In this document: positions 1 to 8,779 of the stretch, one piece after another | Layout of the letters: every line of letters begins with the position of its first letter | How positions within the stretch are numbered: the first letter of the stretch is position 1 | Sequence record: MK931440.1 | DNA length: 44,155 nt | Source of the DNA: Escherichia phage Shashou | Reading direction: 5' to 3' (one strand) | The notes under the pieces: model-generated | The model's database searches: none | What the model was told of the DNA's origin: nothing | What the model saw: the letters and a program-made list of their open reading frames with translations, nothing else | Position numbers and translations under genes: made by a program

Positions 1-12
1 AGGGCGCGTCTG

Positions 13-597
13 ATGCGCTCTGATGGTCAGACGCATATGTCAGGGGGTTATATGAAACTTACACTTAAGCAACCATCACCTGAGGTGGTGCAAGCTGCAC
101 ATGAAGAGGCTGTTAGTGCCAACCGTCGCCGTAAACGACCACGTGGCAAACAGAGCCTTTACCAGTCATCCCGTAATTCCGCTGCATTGTGGGACCCGGA
201 CTATTGCGACGAGTTAATCCGGTTCTTCGACCGCAACTCGTGGGAACTCGTACCTACGTCCAAAGGTGACGAACGCCCGTTGATTCAGGATAAACCCCCG
301 TCACTGGCCCGCTTCGCCTTACATATCGGCGTCACTATCCCTATTATTAAGCTGTGGTTGCGTGAAATTACCGCATTTGCCGAAGCCTATGAAACCGCTC
401 AGGCGCTGGAAGAGGCGTATTTCACCGAGACAGGCGCGGCCGGTATCTCCGCTACGTTTGCTGCCGCTAAGCTGGGCCTAAGCAAAGAGAAACCGGTTGA
501 ATCTACTGAAAAAACCGCGCCGACTGAGATTGTGTTCACTGTGGCAGAGCCCGTAGGTAAAATCGTTACCACGAACATGGGTGAGGTAGAGGAATGA
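13..597 (+). CDS. terminase small subunit (putative)
   Basis: 194-aa ORF overlapping the large terminase start (ATGA); basic N-terminal stretch RRRKRPRGK; alternative in-frame ATG starts at 37 and 52. Confidence 0.6.
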   Translation: MRSDGQTHMSGGYMKLTLKQPSPEVVQAAHEEAVSANRRRKRPRGKQSLYQSSRNSAALWDPDYCDELIRFFDRNSWELVPTSKGDERPLIQDKPPSLARFALHIGVTIPIIKLWLREITAFAEAYETAQALEEAYFTETGAAGISATFAAAKLGLSKEKPVESTEKTAPTEIVFTVAEPVGKIVTTNMGEVEE

Positions 598-1844
598 GTA
601 TTCAGCTATCAGCCCCTCAGGCGCTGTTCCTGAACTGCGATAACAAATACAAGGCCTATGTCGGTGGCTTCGGCAGCGGCAAGACGTTTGTCGGCTGCCT
701 CGACCTGCTTACGTTCATGCTTAAGCACCCAGGTACGCGCCTTGGTTACTTCGGCCCGACCTACCCGGCTATCCGCGACATCTTCTACCCGACATTCGAG
801 GAAGCTGCTAACCTCCTGGGCCTTGATGTGCTGGTTAAATCCGGCGACAAAGAGGTCGTCGTTACGCGCGGTAAGACTGTAATTGGTACAGTAATCTGCC
901 GCTCGATGGATAACCCCGGCTCGATAGTCGGCTTCAAAATCGCTGCTGCGGTAGTCGATGAATTAGACGTACTGAGCCGTGAGAAAGCGGAGCTAGCGTG
1001 GAACAAAATCGTGGCCCGTATGCGTCTGGTTATCCCTGGCGTAATTAACCACATCTCCGTCACTACGACGCCGGAGGGGTTCAAGTTCGTCTACGCCAAG
1101 TTCAAAGAGAACCCGACACCTAGCTACTCTATGGTGCAGGCGTCAACTCATGAGAACGCCAGGTTCCTGCCGCCGGATTACATCAGCTCGCTGACCGAGA
1201 CCTACCCGGCGCAGTTGATTAACGCCTACCTTAATGGTGAGTTCGTTAACCTTACTTCTGGCAGTGTCTACTACGCCTACGACCGACGAAAGCAACGCAG
1301 TAAAGAGACAATCAAACCTGGTGACACCCTGTACATCGGGCAGGACTTCAACGTTACGAAAAACGCCAGCGCCGTGTATGTGCAACGCCCTAACGGGTGG
1401 CACGCGGTAGCAGAACTGAAAGGGCTGTTCGACACTCCTGACACCGTGCGCGTTATTACCGAGAAGTGGAAGTCGCAAGGCCACCGCATCGTCGTGTATC
1501 CGGATGCCAGCGGAAAGAACCGCAAGACCAACTCGGCGTCAATCTCTGACATAGCCTTACTCCAGCAGGCCGGGTTCGATGTGCGGGCTAAATCTGCCAA
1601 TCCGCCGGTTAAGGACCGTGTTTTAGCCGTGAATACCGCGCTGGAAAAAGGTAAGCTGTGGGTTAATGACCACTTATGCCCTGAGATAGCGAAGACTCTG
1701 GAGCAACAGGCGTACGACGACAACGGTGAGCCAGCTAAAGACGGCGTCATAGACCATATGGCGGATGCGCTTGGTTATCCTGTAGTTTACGAGATGCCGG
1801 TGGTTAAACCAGTAATCAACATCCCGGTGACTTTCGCACTTTAA
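594..1844 (+). CDS. terminase large subunit
   Basis: Walker A GGFGSGKTF, Walker B-like VVDELD, C-terminal acidic nuclease-like region; first gene pair of packaging module. Confidence 0.9.
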   Translation: MSIQLSAPQALFLNCDNKYKAYVGGFGSGKTFVGCLDLLTFMLKHPGTRLGYFGPTYPAIRDIFYPTFEEAANLLGLDVLVKSGDKEVVVTRGKTVIGTVICRSMDNPGSIVGFKIAAAVVDELDVLSREKAELAWNKIVARMRLVIPGVINHISVTTTPEGFKFVYAKFKENPTPSYSMVQASTHENARFLPPDYISSLTETYPAQLINAYLNGEFVNLTSGSVYYAYDRRKQRSKETIKPGDTLYIGQDFNVTKNASAVYVQRPNGWHAVAELKGLFDTPDTVRVITEKWKSQGHRIVVYPDASGKNRKTNSASISDIALLQQAGFDVRAKSANPPVKDRVLAVNTALEKGKLWVNDHLCPEIAKTLEQQAYDDNGEPAKDGVIDHMADALGYPVVYEMPVVKPVINIPVTFAL

Positions 1845-1856
1845 GAGGATTATTCA

Positions 1857-3326
1857 ATGTTAACTATGAACGGTCAGAATCAGGGTGTTAAGACAAAACA
1901 CCGGGAATGGCTGCATCACTTTGATAAATGGCAGAAGGTGCGCCATGCGCTGGAAGGCGACCTTATCCGTTACCTGCGTAACGTCGGGAAGAACGAGCCT
2001 GACCCGACTTACGCCGCCCAACGCCAGGAGGAATACGAGAACGGCGCTATCTGCTACAACTTCACCAAGCGCACCCTGTCGGGTATGGTCGGCTCAGTTA
2101 TGAGAAAAGACCCTGAGCAGATTATTCCTCGTGAACTGGAGTACCTGTTACGCAATGCCGACGGTTCTGGTGTTGGCCTGTGGCAGCACGCGCAGGATAC
2201 GCTGATGGAGATTGACTCAGTAGGCCGTGGTGGTTTGCTGGTTGACGCCCCGGAAACAGCCGCAGCAACGGCAGCCGAACAGAACGCCGGATTATTAAAC
2301 CCGGTCATCGCATTCTACACCGCAGAGAACATCATCAACTGGCGACTCACTCGCGTAGGCTCGGTTAACCGCGTCACGATGGTAGTGCTGCGCGAGGTAT
2401 GGGAGTATTCAGAACCTGGTGCGGAGTTTGAAACCAAATTCGGCGAACAATACCGCGTTCTCGACTTGACTGATGGCCGCTACCGCCAGCGCATATACCG
2501 TTTCGATGCCGAAGGTGGTGCGCAGGGTGATGTAAAAGAAATCTTCCCGGAACTGGGCGAACAGTTGCGCGGAAAAATCCCATTCACGTTTATTGGTGCG
2601 AGTAATAACGACGCGACGGTTGATGACGCACCTTTGCTGCCGTTGGCAGAACTCAATATCGGACATTTCCGCAACAGCGCAGACAATGAGGAATCTAGCT
2701 TCGTCGTAGGTCAGCCTACCCTGTTTATCGCCCCAGGCGAGAATATGAGCATGGAGCAGTGGAAAGAGGCCAACCCTCACGGCGTGCGCATGGGTTCACG
2801 TTCAGGCCACAACATCGGCTACGGCGGCAACGCGTTTCTGGTTCAGGCCGGGGAGAATAACCTCGCCAAACAGAACATGCTGGACAAGGAGAATCAGGCC
2901 ATCCAGATCGGCGCGCAGCTTATCACGCCTACCCAGCAAATCACCGCTGAATCCGCCCGCCTGCAACGTGGTGCCGATACTTCCGTAATGGCGACTATCG
3001 CGCGTAACGTAAGCATGGCGTATACAGAGGCGCTGCGCTGGGTAGCTGCGATGCTGGGCCTGCGCGAAGGTGTGGAAATTGAGTTCAAGCTGAATATGGA
3101 GTTCTTCCTGCAACCGATGACTGCGCAAGACCGTGCGCAGTGGATGGCGGACATTAACGCCGGTTTACTTCCTGCAACTGCTTACTACGCCGCGTTGCGT
3201 AAGGCCGGGGTAACTGACTGGACTGACGAGGAGATTACAACGGCGATTGAGGACGCACCTGTGCCGTTAGGTGCTGTTACTCAGGTAGCTGGTGAGATTC
3301 CGCAGTCGGCGCAACAGCAGGAGTAA
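1857..3326 (+). CDS. portal protein
   Basis: 489-aa ORF directly after terminase with RBS aagagga; size and position typical of siphovirus portal. Confidence 0.75.
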   Translation: MLTMNGQNQGVKTKHREWLHHFDKWQKVRHALEGDLIRYLRNVGKNEPDPTYAAQRQEEYENGAICYNFTKRTLSGMVGSVMRKDPEQIIPRELEYLLRNADGSGVGLWQHAQDTLMEIDSVGRGGLLVDAPETAAATAAEQNAGLLNPVIAFYTAENIINWRLTRVGSVNRVTMVVLREVWEYSEPGAEFETKFGEQYRVLDLTDGRYRQRIYRFDAEGGAQGDVKEIFPELGEQLRGKIPFTFIGASNNDATVDDAPLLPLAELNIGHFRNSADNEESSFVVGQPTLFIAPGENMSMEQWKEANPHGVRMGSRSGHNIGYGGNAFLVQAGENNLAKQNMLDKENQAIQIGAQLITPTQQITAESARLQRGADTSVMATIARNVSMAYTEALRWVAAMLGLREGVEIEFKLNMEFFLQPMTAQDRAQWMADINAGLLPATAYYAALRKAGVTDWTDEEITTAIEDAPVPLGAVTQVAGEIPQSAQQQE

Positions 3327-3329
3327 AGG

Positions 3330-3356
3330 AAAAGGCCCTGTTATGGGGCCTTAGTT
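3330..3356. terminator. bidirectional hairpin terminator between portal and minus-strand moron
   Basis: aaggccc-loop-gggcctt flanked by A-run and T-run. Confidence 0.5.
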
Positions 3357-3878
3357 TTATTTAAATCGTGCGGGTATTAGCACCATAAATGCTGAGTTTG
3401 AAAATGATATTTTGCAACCTCTGGTTTGATCCTGGAAATCGAAACGAGCAATTACATTTTTGTATGCCTTAGAAATCTTGTACGCGTCAGCTAAATACTG
3501 CATAGCGAATCCTATACTATCAACCGCACCTGGCTCGATGCGCGCCACGCGCCTCCAGTCAGGAAAGTTTCCGTCTACAACATCTACCGGAAGTGTACAT
3601 ATAAGAGAACGACTATCGTCATAGAAGGAAACACTGCCGTTGGTATGGTTCACCTCCGCGTAGTTAAATTTAGATGGTTCTCTACCTTTGATGTCTATGA
3701 GAATCCCCTTCTCAACGTTTGTCTTCACATTGTCACAGAACAATCTACGACCATCCGTAGACACTATCAATCCTTCCGGGTCTATGTAAAAAGCGTTCAA
3801 ATAGTAGCGCGCATCATTTTTAGCCCTGCAGATTTTCGCCCCTACATACGCAGGGAAAGTAATAACGGTAGTAATCAT
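3357..3878 (-). CDS. hypothetical protein (AT-rich moron, opposite strand inside head module)
   Basis: Start taken at internal Met22 of track ORF 3357..3941, preceded by AGGAGG RBS; markedly lower GC than flanks; own promoter and flanking hairpins. Confidence 0.55.
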   Translation of the reverse strand: MITTVITFPAYVGAKICRAKNDARYYLNAFYIDPEGLIVSTDGRRLFCDNVKTNVEKGILIDIKGREPSKFNYAEVNHTNGSVSFYDDSRSLICTLPVDVVDGNFPDWRRVARIEPGAVDSIGFAMQYLADAYKISKAYKNVIARFDFQDQTRGCKISFSNSAFMVLIPARFK

Positions 3879-3905
3879 TTTATGCCTCCTGTTTAAGTTA
3901 ACTGA

Positions 3906-3934
3906 ATAGTACCCTATTATATTGGTGTCTGCAA
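3906..3934 (-). promoter_or_regulatory. promoter TTGCAG-N17-TACTAT (minus strand) with palindrome AATAG-tacc-CTATT
   Basis: Read on minus strand; palindrome at 3905..3918; drives moron 3357..3878. Confidence 0.45.
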
Positions 3935-3978
3935 ATATCATTTTTATGCGTTACACTGACACCACTACAGGAGGGCAT

Positions 3979-5022
3979 ATGAGCTTACTAACATCATTAA
4001 TCAGCCACCAGATTTGGCTGCAACGCACCGCATCCGGTGAAGTGAAGGACCTCACACCATTCATTCAGGAGATGCGAGATGAAATCAAAAGGCAGGTGCT
4101 GTTGTTCGGCGACGACGGGCGGAGCACAGCGCGTCTGAATAAACTATTGCGCGACCTCGAGGAAGCACTTACCGGGCTAACCGGCGACTGGCAGACTAAG
4201 CTGACAGAAGACCTTAAGGAGCTTGCAGCGTATGAGGCTGAGTGGAATGTGAAGACACTCACGGCTAACGTTAATGCGGAATTTGTTACCCCGACCGCTG
4301 AACAGGTGTGGTCCGCCGCCGTGTTTCAACCACTGGCGCTAAGCGAAAAGCCCGTTGACTTCACGAAGCTTATGGAAGGCTGGGGTGAAACGGAAGTAGC
4401 TCGCCTCGTTACCGGCGTTAAGATGGGCTTTGTGCAGGGCCGGACAACACGACAGATTATCAAGAGCGTTGTTGGCAACGGTGGGCTATCGGATAAATCA
4501 GCCAACAACGCCGCCGTTGTAATCCGCACCGCTCTTTCACACGTATCTAACGAAGCCCGTAACGAGACTTATCGACAGAACAGTGACATCATCGAGAAAT
4601 ACGAGTGGGTATCCACGCTTGACAGTCGTACCAGCACAATCTGCAAGGCCAGAGACGGCATGACGTGGGGAATCGGTAAAGGCCCTATGCCCCCAGCCCA
4701 TCCGAATTGTCGAAGTACCACAGCACCTGTAATCAGTTCAGAGTTCTATTTCCTTGACGCGGGCGCAAAACGTGCGGCTAAGGGGGCAGATGGAGGTACA
4801 CAAGTTAGCGCGGATACCACTTATTATGAGTTTCTGAAACAGCAACCAGCGTGGTTTCAGGACCAGGCGTTAGGCCCGGTGCGCGGTAAGATTTTCCGCA
4901 ACAGCGGTATATCGCCGGAAGAGTTTCGCGTAATATCTGTAGATGGTTTCGGGAATCCGCTCACGCTTAAGCAGATGGCGGAACTCGATAAACGTGTTGC
5001 TGATTATCTGAAAGGGGAATAA
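3979..5022 (+). CDS. head morphogenesis protein (Mu F / SPP1 gp7-like)
   Basis: Start at Met20 of track ORF with RBS ggaggg; position after portal; size typical of minor capsid/morphogenesis protein. Confidence 0.65.
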   Translation: MSLLTSLISHQIWLQRTASGEVKDLTPFIQEMRDEIKRQVLLFGDDGRSTARLNKLLRDLEEALTGLTGDWQTKLTEDLKELAAYEAEWNVKTLTANVNAEFVTPTAEQVWSAAVFQPLALSEKPVDFTKLMEGWGETEVARLVTGVKMGFVQGRTTRQIIKSVVGNGGLSDKSANNAAVVIRTALSHVSNEARNETYRQNSDIIEKYEWVSTLDSRTSTICKARDGMTWGIGKGPMPPAHPNCRSTTAPVISSEFYFLDAGAKRAAKGADGGTQVSADTTYYEFLKQQPAWFQDQALGPVRGKIFRNSGISPEEFRVISVDGFGNPLTLKQMAELDKRVADYLKGE

Positions 5023-5483
5023 TGATGGGCTTTTTCAAAGTAACTGATGTACCTTCGCGCCGTGTTGTCCAGTACGCCCGCGTGTCAGGCTCCGGCGAGA
5101 ACGTGACCTACGTTGAAGATGAAAGTGTACTGGGTACACCTGTAGACGAGATGCCGTATGCAGATAAAACTGGTATCGCCATCACGGCGGCAGGTATGCT
5201 TTACGAGATTCCGTATCTGGAAGACGCAGGTGACGTGTACTTCTCCGTGCAACCGAAAGACGCGGAACTGGTAGACGGAAGCGCGGTAATCACGGTAGAA
5301 GTTAAGGCGTATAAAGCACCATATTCGCTGACCTGGTACAAAGACGGGAAGGAAGTCGTTAACGCACCAGAAGAAGCTTTGTCTCTGACGGTTAACGCTG
5401 CAGGCGAATACTTCGTTAAAGTTACTGATGCCGATGGTGTAGAGGCTGTGAGTAAAGCGGCGAAGGTTACTAAGCCGGAATAA
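5022..5483 (+). CDS. Ig-like domain protein (putative virion surface/decoration)
   Basis: C-terminal SLTWYKDGKEV...GEYFVKVTDADG resembles Ig-like fold signature; paralogous to 8219..8560. Confidence 0.55.
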   Translation: MMGFFKVTDVPSRRVVQYARVSGSGENVTYVEDESVLGTPVDEMPYADKTGIAITAAGMLYEIPYLEDAGDVYFSVQPKDAELVDGSAVITVEVKAYKAPYSLTWYKDGKEVVNAPEEALSLTVNAAGEYFVKVTDADGVEAVSKAAKVTKPE

Positions 5484-5486
5484 ACT

Positions 5487-5510
5487 AAAGCCCCGAAAGG
5501 GGCTTTTTAG
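5487..5510 (+). terminator. intrinsic terminator
   Basis: aagcccc-gaaa-ggggctt followed by TTTT. Confidence 0.65.
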
Positions 5511-5571
5511 CGCCTGTGATTATTCCAGTTATTCCACTCAATTGTAAATGTTGGAATAAACTATTCGAATA

Positions 5572-5600
5572 GTTGACTTTTCACTAAAAATGTGCTAAGC
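5572..5600 (+). promoter_or_regulatory. sigma70-like promoter TTGACT-N17-(TGc)TAAGCT upstream of spanin/scaffold/capsid genes
   Basis: -35 and extended -10 with 17-nt spacer; near-identical copy at 37502..37530. Confidence 0.5.
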
Positions 5601-5800
5601 TCCACCTGAGCTTGTGAAGTATGAACAAGCGACCGCGGCGCGGGCAGGTAACGGAGCGGGACGTAAGTCCTGAGTGTAGTTACGCTGACGCGTTCGGAAG
5701 GGCCATACTCTATTGCTTGTGTAAAAAGTAACTGGTTTACTGAGATTACGCCGTTTCTATGTTTAAATGATAAGGACTAGCGCCCAGCTTTAAGGCTGGG
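5601..5800 (+). ncRNA. candidate noncoding leader/small RNA (copy 1)
   Basis: No ORF; conserved 41-nt 5' element with hairpin gcttgt-N9-acaagc shared with 37531..37571; ends near hairpin cccagc-tttaag-gctggg about 5771..5793. Confidence 0.3.
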
Positions 5801-5825
5801 CTTTACTTATCGAGAAAGGAGAAAC

Positions 5826-6212
5826 ATGAATCCTAAAGCAACTGTCGTAGCTGGAGCATGTTTCATCCTCCTGACATACGGCTACGGAATCTACCAGTAT
5901 CGCAGCGGCTGGAACGAAGGCCGGGCGAATCTCGTTTCGCAGCAACAGCAGGAAGCACAGGCTGAGTTAGCGAAGAAAACACAACGGCAGCAGCAGGACG
6001 AATCTAAGGCCGCCGCTGCTGACAACGAAGGCAAGACGAAATCAGAGGTGATTACCCGTGAAGTCGTTAAGTACATTAAAACGCCTGGCCGCAGCGTGTG
6101 CACTTTCGACGATGCTCGCGTCCTGCTCAAGTCCCACGCCGTTGCCAACGCCAATTCCATCCCCGGATACGACGATGATGCAGCCGCCGTGCAAACTGGC
6201 ACCGCCAAGTAG
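5826..6212 (+). CDS. i-spanin (Rz-like)
   Basis: N-terminal TM segment (ATVVAGACFILLTYGYGIY) followed by Q/E/K-rich coiled-coil; overlapped by lipoprotein ORF in +1 frame. Confidence 0.6.
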   Translation: MNPKATVVAGACFILLTYGYGIYQYRSGWNEGRANLVSQQQQEAQAELAKKTQRQQQDESKAAAADNEGKTKSEVITREVVKYIKTPGRSVCTFDDARVLLKSHAVANANSIPGYDDDAAAVQTGTAK

Positions 6213-6321
6213 CGACGCTGACGAGGATTTAGCTATCGACGTTCAGAACGCCGAATGTGTACGGCAACTGAGACTGAAAGTGTTCATGTTGCAGGATTAC
6301 GTGAGGAATATTCTGGAATAG
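6058..6321 (+). CDS. o-spanin (Rz1-like lipoprotein)
   Basis: GTG start; signal peptide ending in lipobox LASC; proline-rich mature region; overlaps 3' end of Rz-like ORF in a different frame. Confidence 0.6.
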   Translation: MKSLSTLKRLAAACALSTMLASCSSPTPLPTPIPSPDTTMMQPPCKLAPPSSDADEDLAIDVQNAECVRQLRLKVFMLQDYVRNILE

Positions 6322-6403
6322 TTGCCTTGCATGTTGGAATAATTTATTCTTGACATGTAAATCCGGGTGGCCCGGGTTCCAACGTCCAGGGGACATACTG
6401 AAT

Positions 6404-7105
6404 ATGAATCGTTTTTTACGTTATCCGTTCCAGGAAGAAGCTGGGGCAGAAGATAAAGCCGGTGGCGGTAGCGCACCGAAAATGTTCACCGCTGAAGAAG
6501 TTCAGGCGCTGATTGAGAAAGAAGTTGCAGGGCTTAAGGCCAATCAGGAAGCATTACTGGCAGAGAAGAAAGAAGCCGCTCGTAAAGCAAGAGAGGCTGA
6601 AGAAGAACGGCAGCGCGCGCACCAGGAGGCGTTAAAGGCCGCTGGTAAGATGGACGAGTTCGAAAAGACGATTCGTAGCCAGTATGACCCGGTGTTAGCC
6701 GAGAAAGATGGCCGCATCTCCAAAATGGCAGAGCGCATCCTCGGTAGCGAACGTAAAGCGGTGTTAGGCTCTTTCGCGGGTGACTTCATTACCCCGGAAG
6801 CAGTAGACATTCTTGCTCCGTTCGTTAAGACTGAGTTTGATGGCGATGATGTGGTTACTAAGTTTGTTGGCGCAGATGGCAACGTAATCACAACTGACCC
6901 GGAACAGTTCCGCAAATACCTGCGTGAACACAAAGCGTTTTCGCATTTGATTAAAGCAAATGCAGCTTCCGGCGGCGGGGCTTCCGGCGGCAAAGGCGGC
7001 GGGGCCGCACCAGCGTTTAAAGACATGAACGAAGCGGAGCGTTTAGCTCTGTACAAATCGAACCCTGCCGAATTTGAACGGCAACTTAAAGCCCTGAGGA
7101 AATAA
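6404..7105 (+). CDS. scaffolding protein (putative)
   Basis: Highly charged, alanine/glutamate-rich helical protein immediately upstream of major capsid gene; start codon uncertain (track ORF opens at TTG 6350). Confidence 0.55.
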   Translation: MNRFLRYPFQEEAGAEDKAGGGSAPKMFTAEEVQALIEKEVAGLKANQEALLAEKKEAARKAREAEEERQRAHQEALKAAGKMDEFEKTIRSQYDPVLAEKDGRISKMAERILGSERKAVLGSFAGDFITPEAVDILAPFVKTEFDGDDVVTKFVGADGNVITTDPEQFRKYLREHKAFSHLIKANAASGGGASGGKGGGAAPAFKDMNEAERLALYKSNPAEFERQLKALRK

Positions 7106-7107
7106 TA

Positions 7108-8157
7108 ATGGCAATTACCACTATCGGCGATATCGTAACTGGCAACGTACCCGTCCTTCTGTCCTATATGACTGAGGACCCGGTAGAGAAAACTGCGTTC
7201 TTCCAGTCCGGCATCCTGGCCCCGACCCCGTACGCTGCTGAGATTGCTCGCGGTCCGTCCAACGTCGCTAATATTCCTTTCTGGAAAGCGATTGATACCT
7301 CTATCGAGCCGAACTACTCGAACGATGTATATCAGGACATCGCCACTCCACGCAACGTACAAACCGGTGAGATGATGGCACGCGTCGCTTATCTGAACGA
7401 AGGCTTCGGACAGGCAGACCTGACTGTTGAACTGACCAGCCAGAACCCGCTGCAATCTGTTGCCGCTCGTCTGGATAACTTCTGGCAGCGTCAGGCACAG
7501 CGCCGTCTGATTGCTACCGCTCTCGGCCTGTATAACGACAACGTAACGGCAACCGATGCTTACCACGAGCAGAACGACATGGTTATCGACGTGTCTGCGA
7601 CTCTGGGCTTCGATTCTGGCGCGTTCATTGACGCTACCCAAACCATGGGTGACGCGCTGATGGGTAATGGTGGTGAAGTGCTGGGGGCAATCGCGATGCA
7701 TAGCTTCGTGTATGCGCAGGCGCGTAAGCAACAGCTTATCGACTTCATCCGCGATGCCGACAACAACACCATGTTCGCCACCTACCAGGGCTACCGCGTG
7801 ATTGTTGACGACAGCATGACCGTAGTTGGTACTGGCTCTAGCCGTAAGTTCATCTCCATCATCTTCGGCAACGGCGCTATCGGTTATGGCGAAGGCAATC
7901 CGTCCAATCCGCTGGAATACGAGCGTGAAGCGTCCCGCGGTAACGGCGGTGGTGTTGAAACCCTGTGGACCCGTAAGACCTGGTTGCTGCATCCGCTGGG
8001 TTACAGCTTCACCAGCGCGGTAATCACCGGTAACGGTACTGAAACCGTAGCCCGCTCTGCTTCCTGGCAGGACCTGGCGAACGCCTCCAACTGGAACCGC
8101 GTTGTTGACCGTAAGCATGTGCCGATTGCCTTCCTGGTAACTGGTGTAAAGGCTTAA
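7108..8157 (+). CDS. major capsid protein
   Basis: 349-aa ORF after scaffold, followed by strong intrinsic terminator; typical position and size. Confidence 0.8.
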   Translation: MAITTIGDIVTGNVPVLLSYMTEDPVEKTAFFQSGILAPTPYAAEIARGPSNVANIPFWKAIDTSIEPNYSNDVYQDIATPRNVQTGEMMARVAYLNEGFGQADLTVELTSQNPLQSVAARLDNFWQRQAQRRLIATALGLYNDNVTATDAYHEQNDMVIDVSATLGFDSGAFIDATQTMGDALMGNGGEVLGAIAMHSFVYAQARKQQLIDFIRDADNNTMFATYQGYRVIVDDSMTVVGTGSSRKFISIIFGNGAIGYGEGNPSNPLEYEREASRGNGGGVETLWTRKTWLLHPLGYSFTSAVITGNGTETVARSASWQDLANASNWNRVVDRKHVPIAFLVTGVKA

Positions 8158-8173
8158 GGTTAAGTTATAATCG

Positions 8174-8197
8174 AGAGGGACTTCGGTCCCTCTTTTC
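8174..8197 (+). terminator. intrinsic terminator after major capsid gene
   Basis: gagggac-ttcg-gtccctc followed by TTTT. Confidence 0.7.
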
Positions 8198-8218
8198 ATT
8201 TACTAAGAGGACTCCTCA

Positions 8219-8560
8219 ATGGCAGACGTATTGAAACGACGCACTACGGGTGTTTCTGCGGATACAGTTGGCGCTAAGATTGACATGGAGACTATTTCTC
8301 CAGCGTCTTTCTCCCCCGCGCTCGCTGCAACCACATCCGTCACAGCGGGTGAAACTATGACACTGACCGTAACAGTAACTGGCGGTCTGAAGCCATATTC
8401 ATATCAGTGGTACAAAGATAACAACGCTATCGCCGGGGGTACCGCGGCTACCTATGCTAAAGCGTCGACCACTGCCGCCGATTCCGGCACGTATAAAGTG
8501 GTTGTTCACGATGTGTATGGTAATATTATCTCCAGCAGCACTGTAGCAACTGTGTCTTAA
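8219..8560 (+). CDS. Ig-like domain protein (putative head decoration)
   Basis: KPYSYQWYKDNNAIAGG...SGTYKVVVHDVYG Ig-like motif; paralog of C-terminus of 5022..5483. Confidence 0.55.
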   Translation: MADVLKRRTTGVSADTVGAKIDMETISPASFSPALAATTSVTAGETMTLTVTVTGGLKPYSYQWYKDNNAIAGGTAATYAKASTTAADSGTYKVVVHDVYGNIISSSTVATVS

Positions 8561-8596
8561 TACAATGGCCCTTCGGGGCCATAATAAGGAAAGGTC

Positions 8597-8776
8597 ATGG
8601 CAGATAATTACGTAATCCGCGAAAAGTACACCCACGTTGATATTGTTGATGGTCAGGTGATGCCAGTGCGCGGTGTTGTAGATGCGGATGAGCTTGTAGC
8701 AACACAACCGGATAACGAAGGAGCACACAACAACGGTGGTGGTACTAAGCGTCGTCGCCGTAAGTCTGAGGAATAA
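8597..8776 (+). CDS. small basic protein (59 aa), hypothetical
   Basis: ATG with RBS aaggaaagg; fills gap between flanking genes; C-terminal KRRRRK; below the 60-aa track cutoff. Confidence 0.45.
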   Translation: MADNYVIREKYTHVDIVDGQVMPVRGVVDADELVATQPDNEGAHNNGGGTKRRRRKSEE

Positions 8777-8779
8777 TTT

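Noticed and set aside
6350-6355. TTGACA hexamer as a promoter -35 upstream of scaffold gene
   Set aside because: No acceptable -10 at 16-19 nt spacing; it is followed by a palindrome ccgggtggcccgg instead.
6544-8199. 551-aa minus-strand ORF spanning scaffold and capsid genes
   Set aside because: Antisense to two well-supported structural genes; low-complexity composition and no RBS; shadow ORF.
8565-8582. Hairpin atggccc-ttcg-gggccat after the Ig-like gene as an intrinsic terminator
   Set aside because: Stable tetraloop hairpin but no U-tract on either strand; more likely an RNA stability or processing element.
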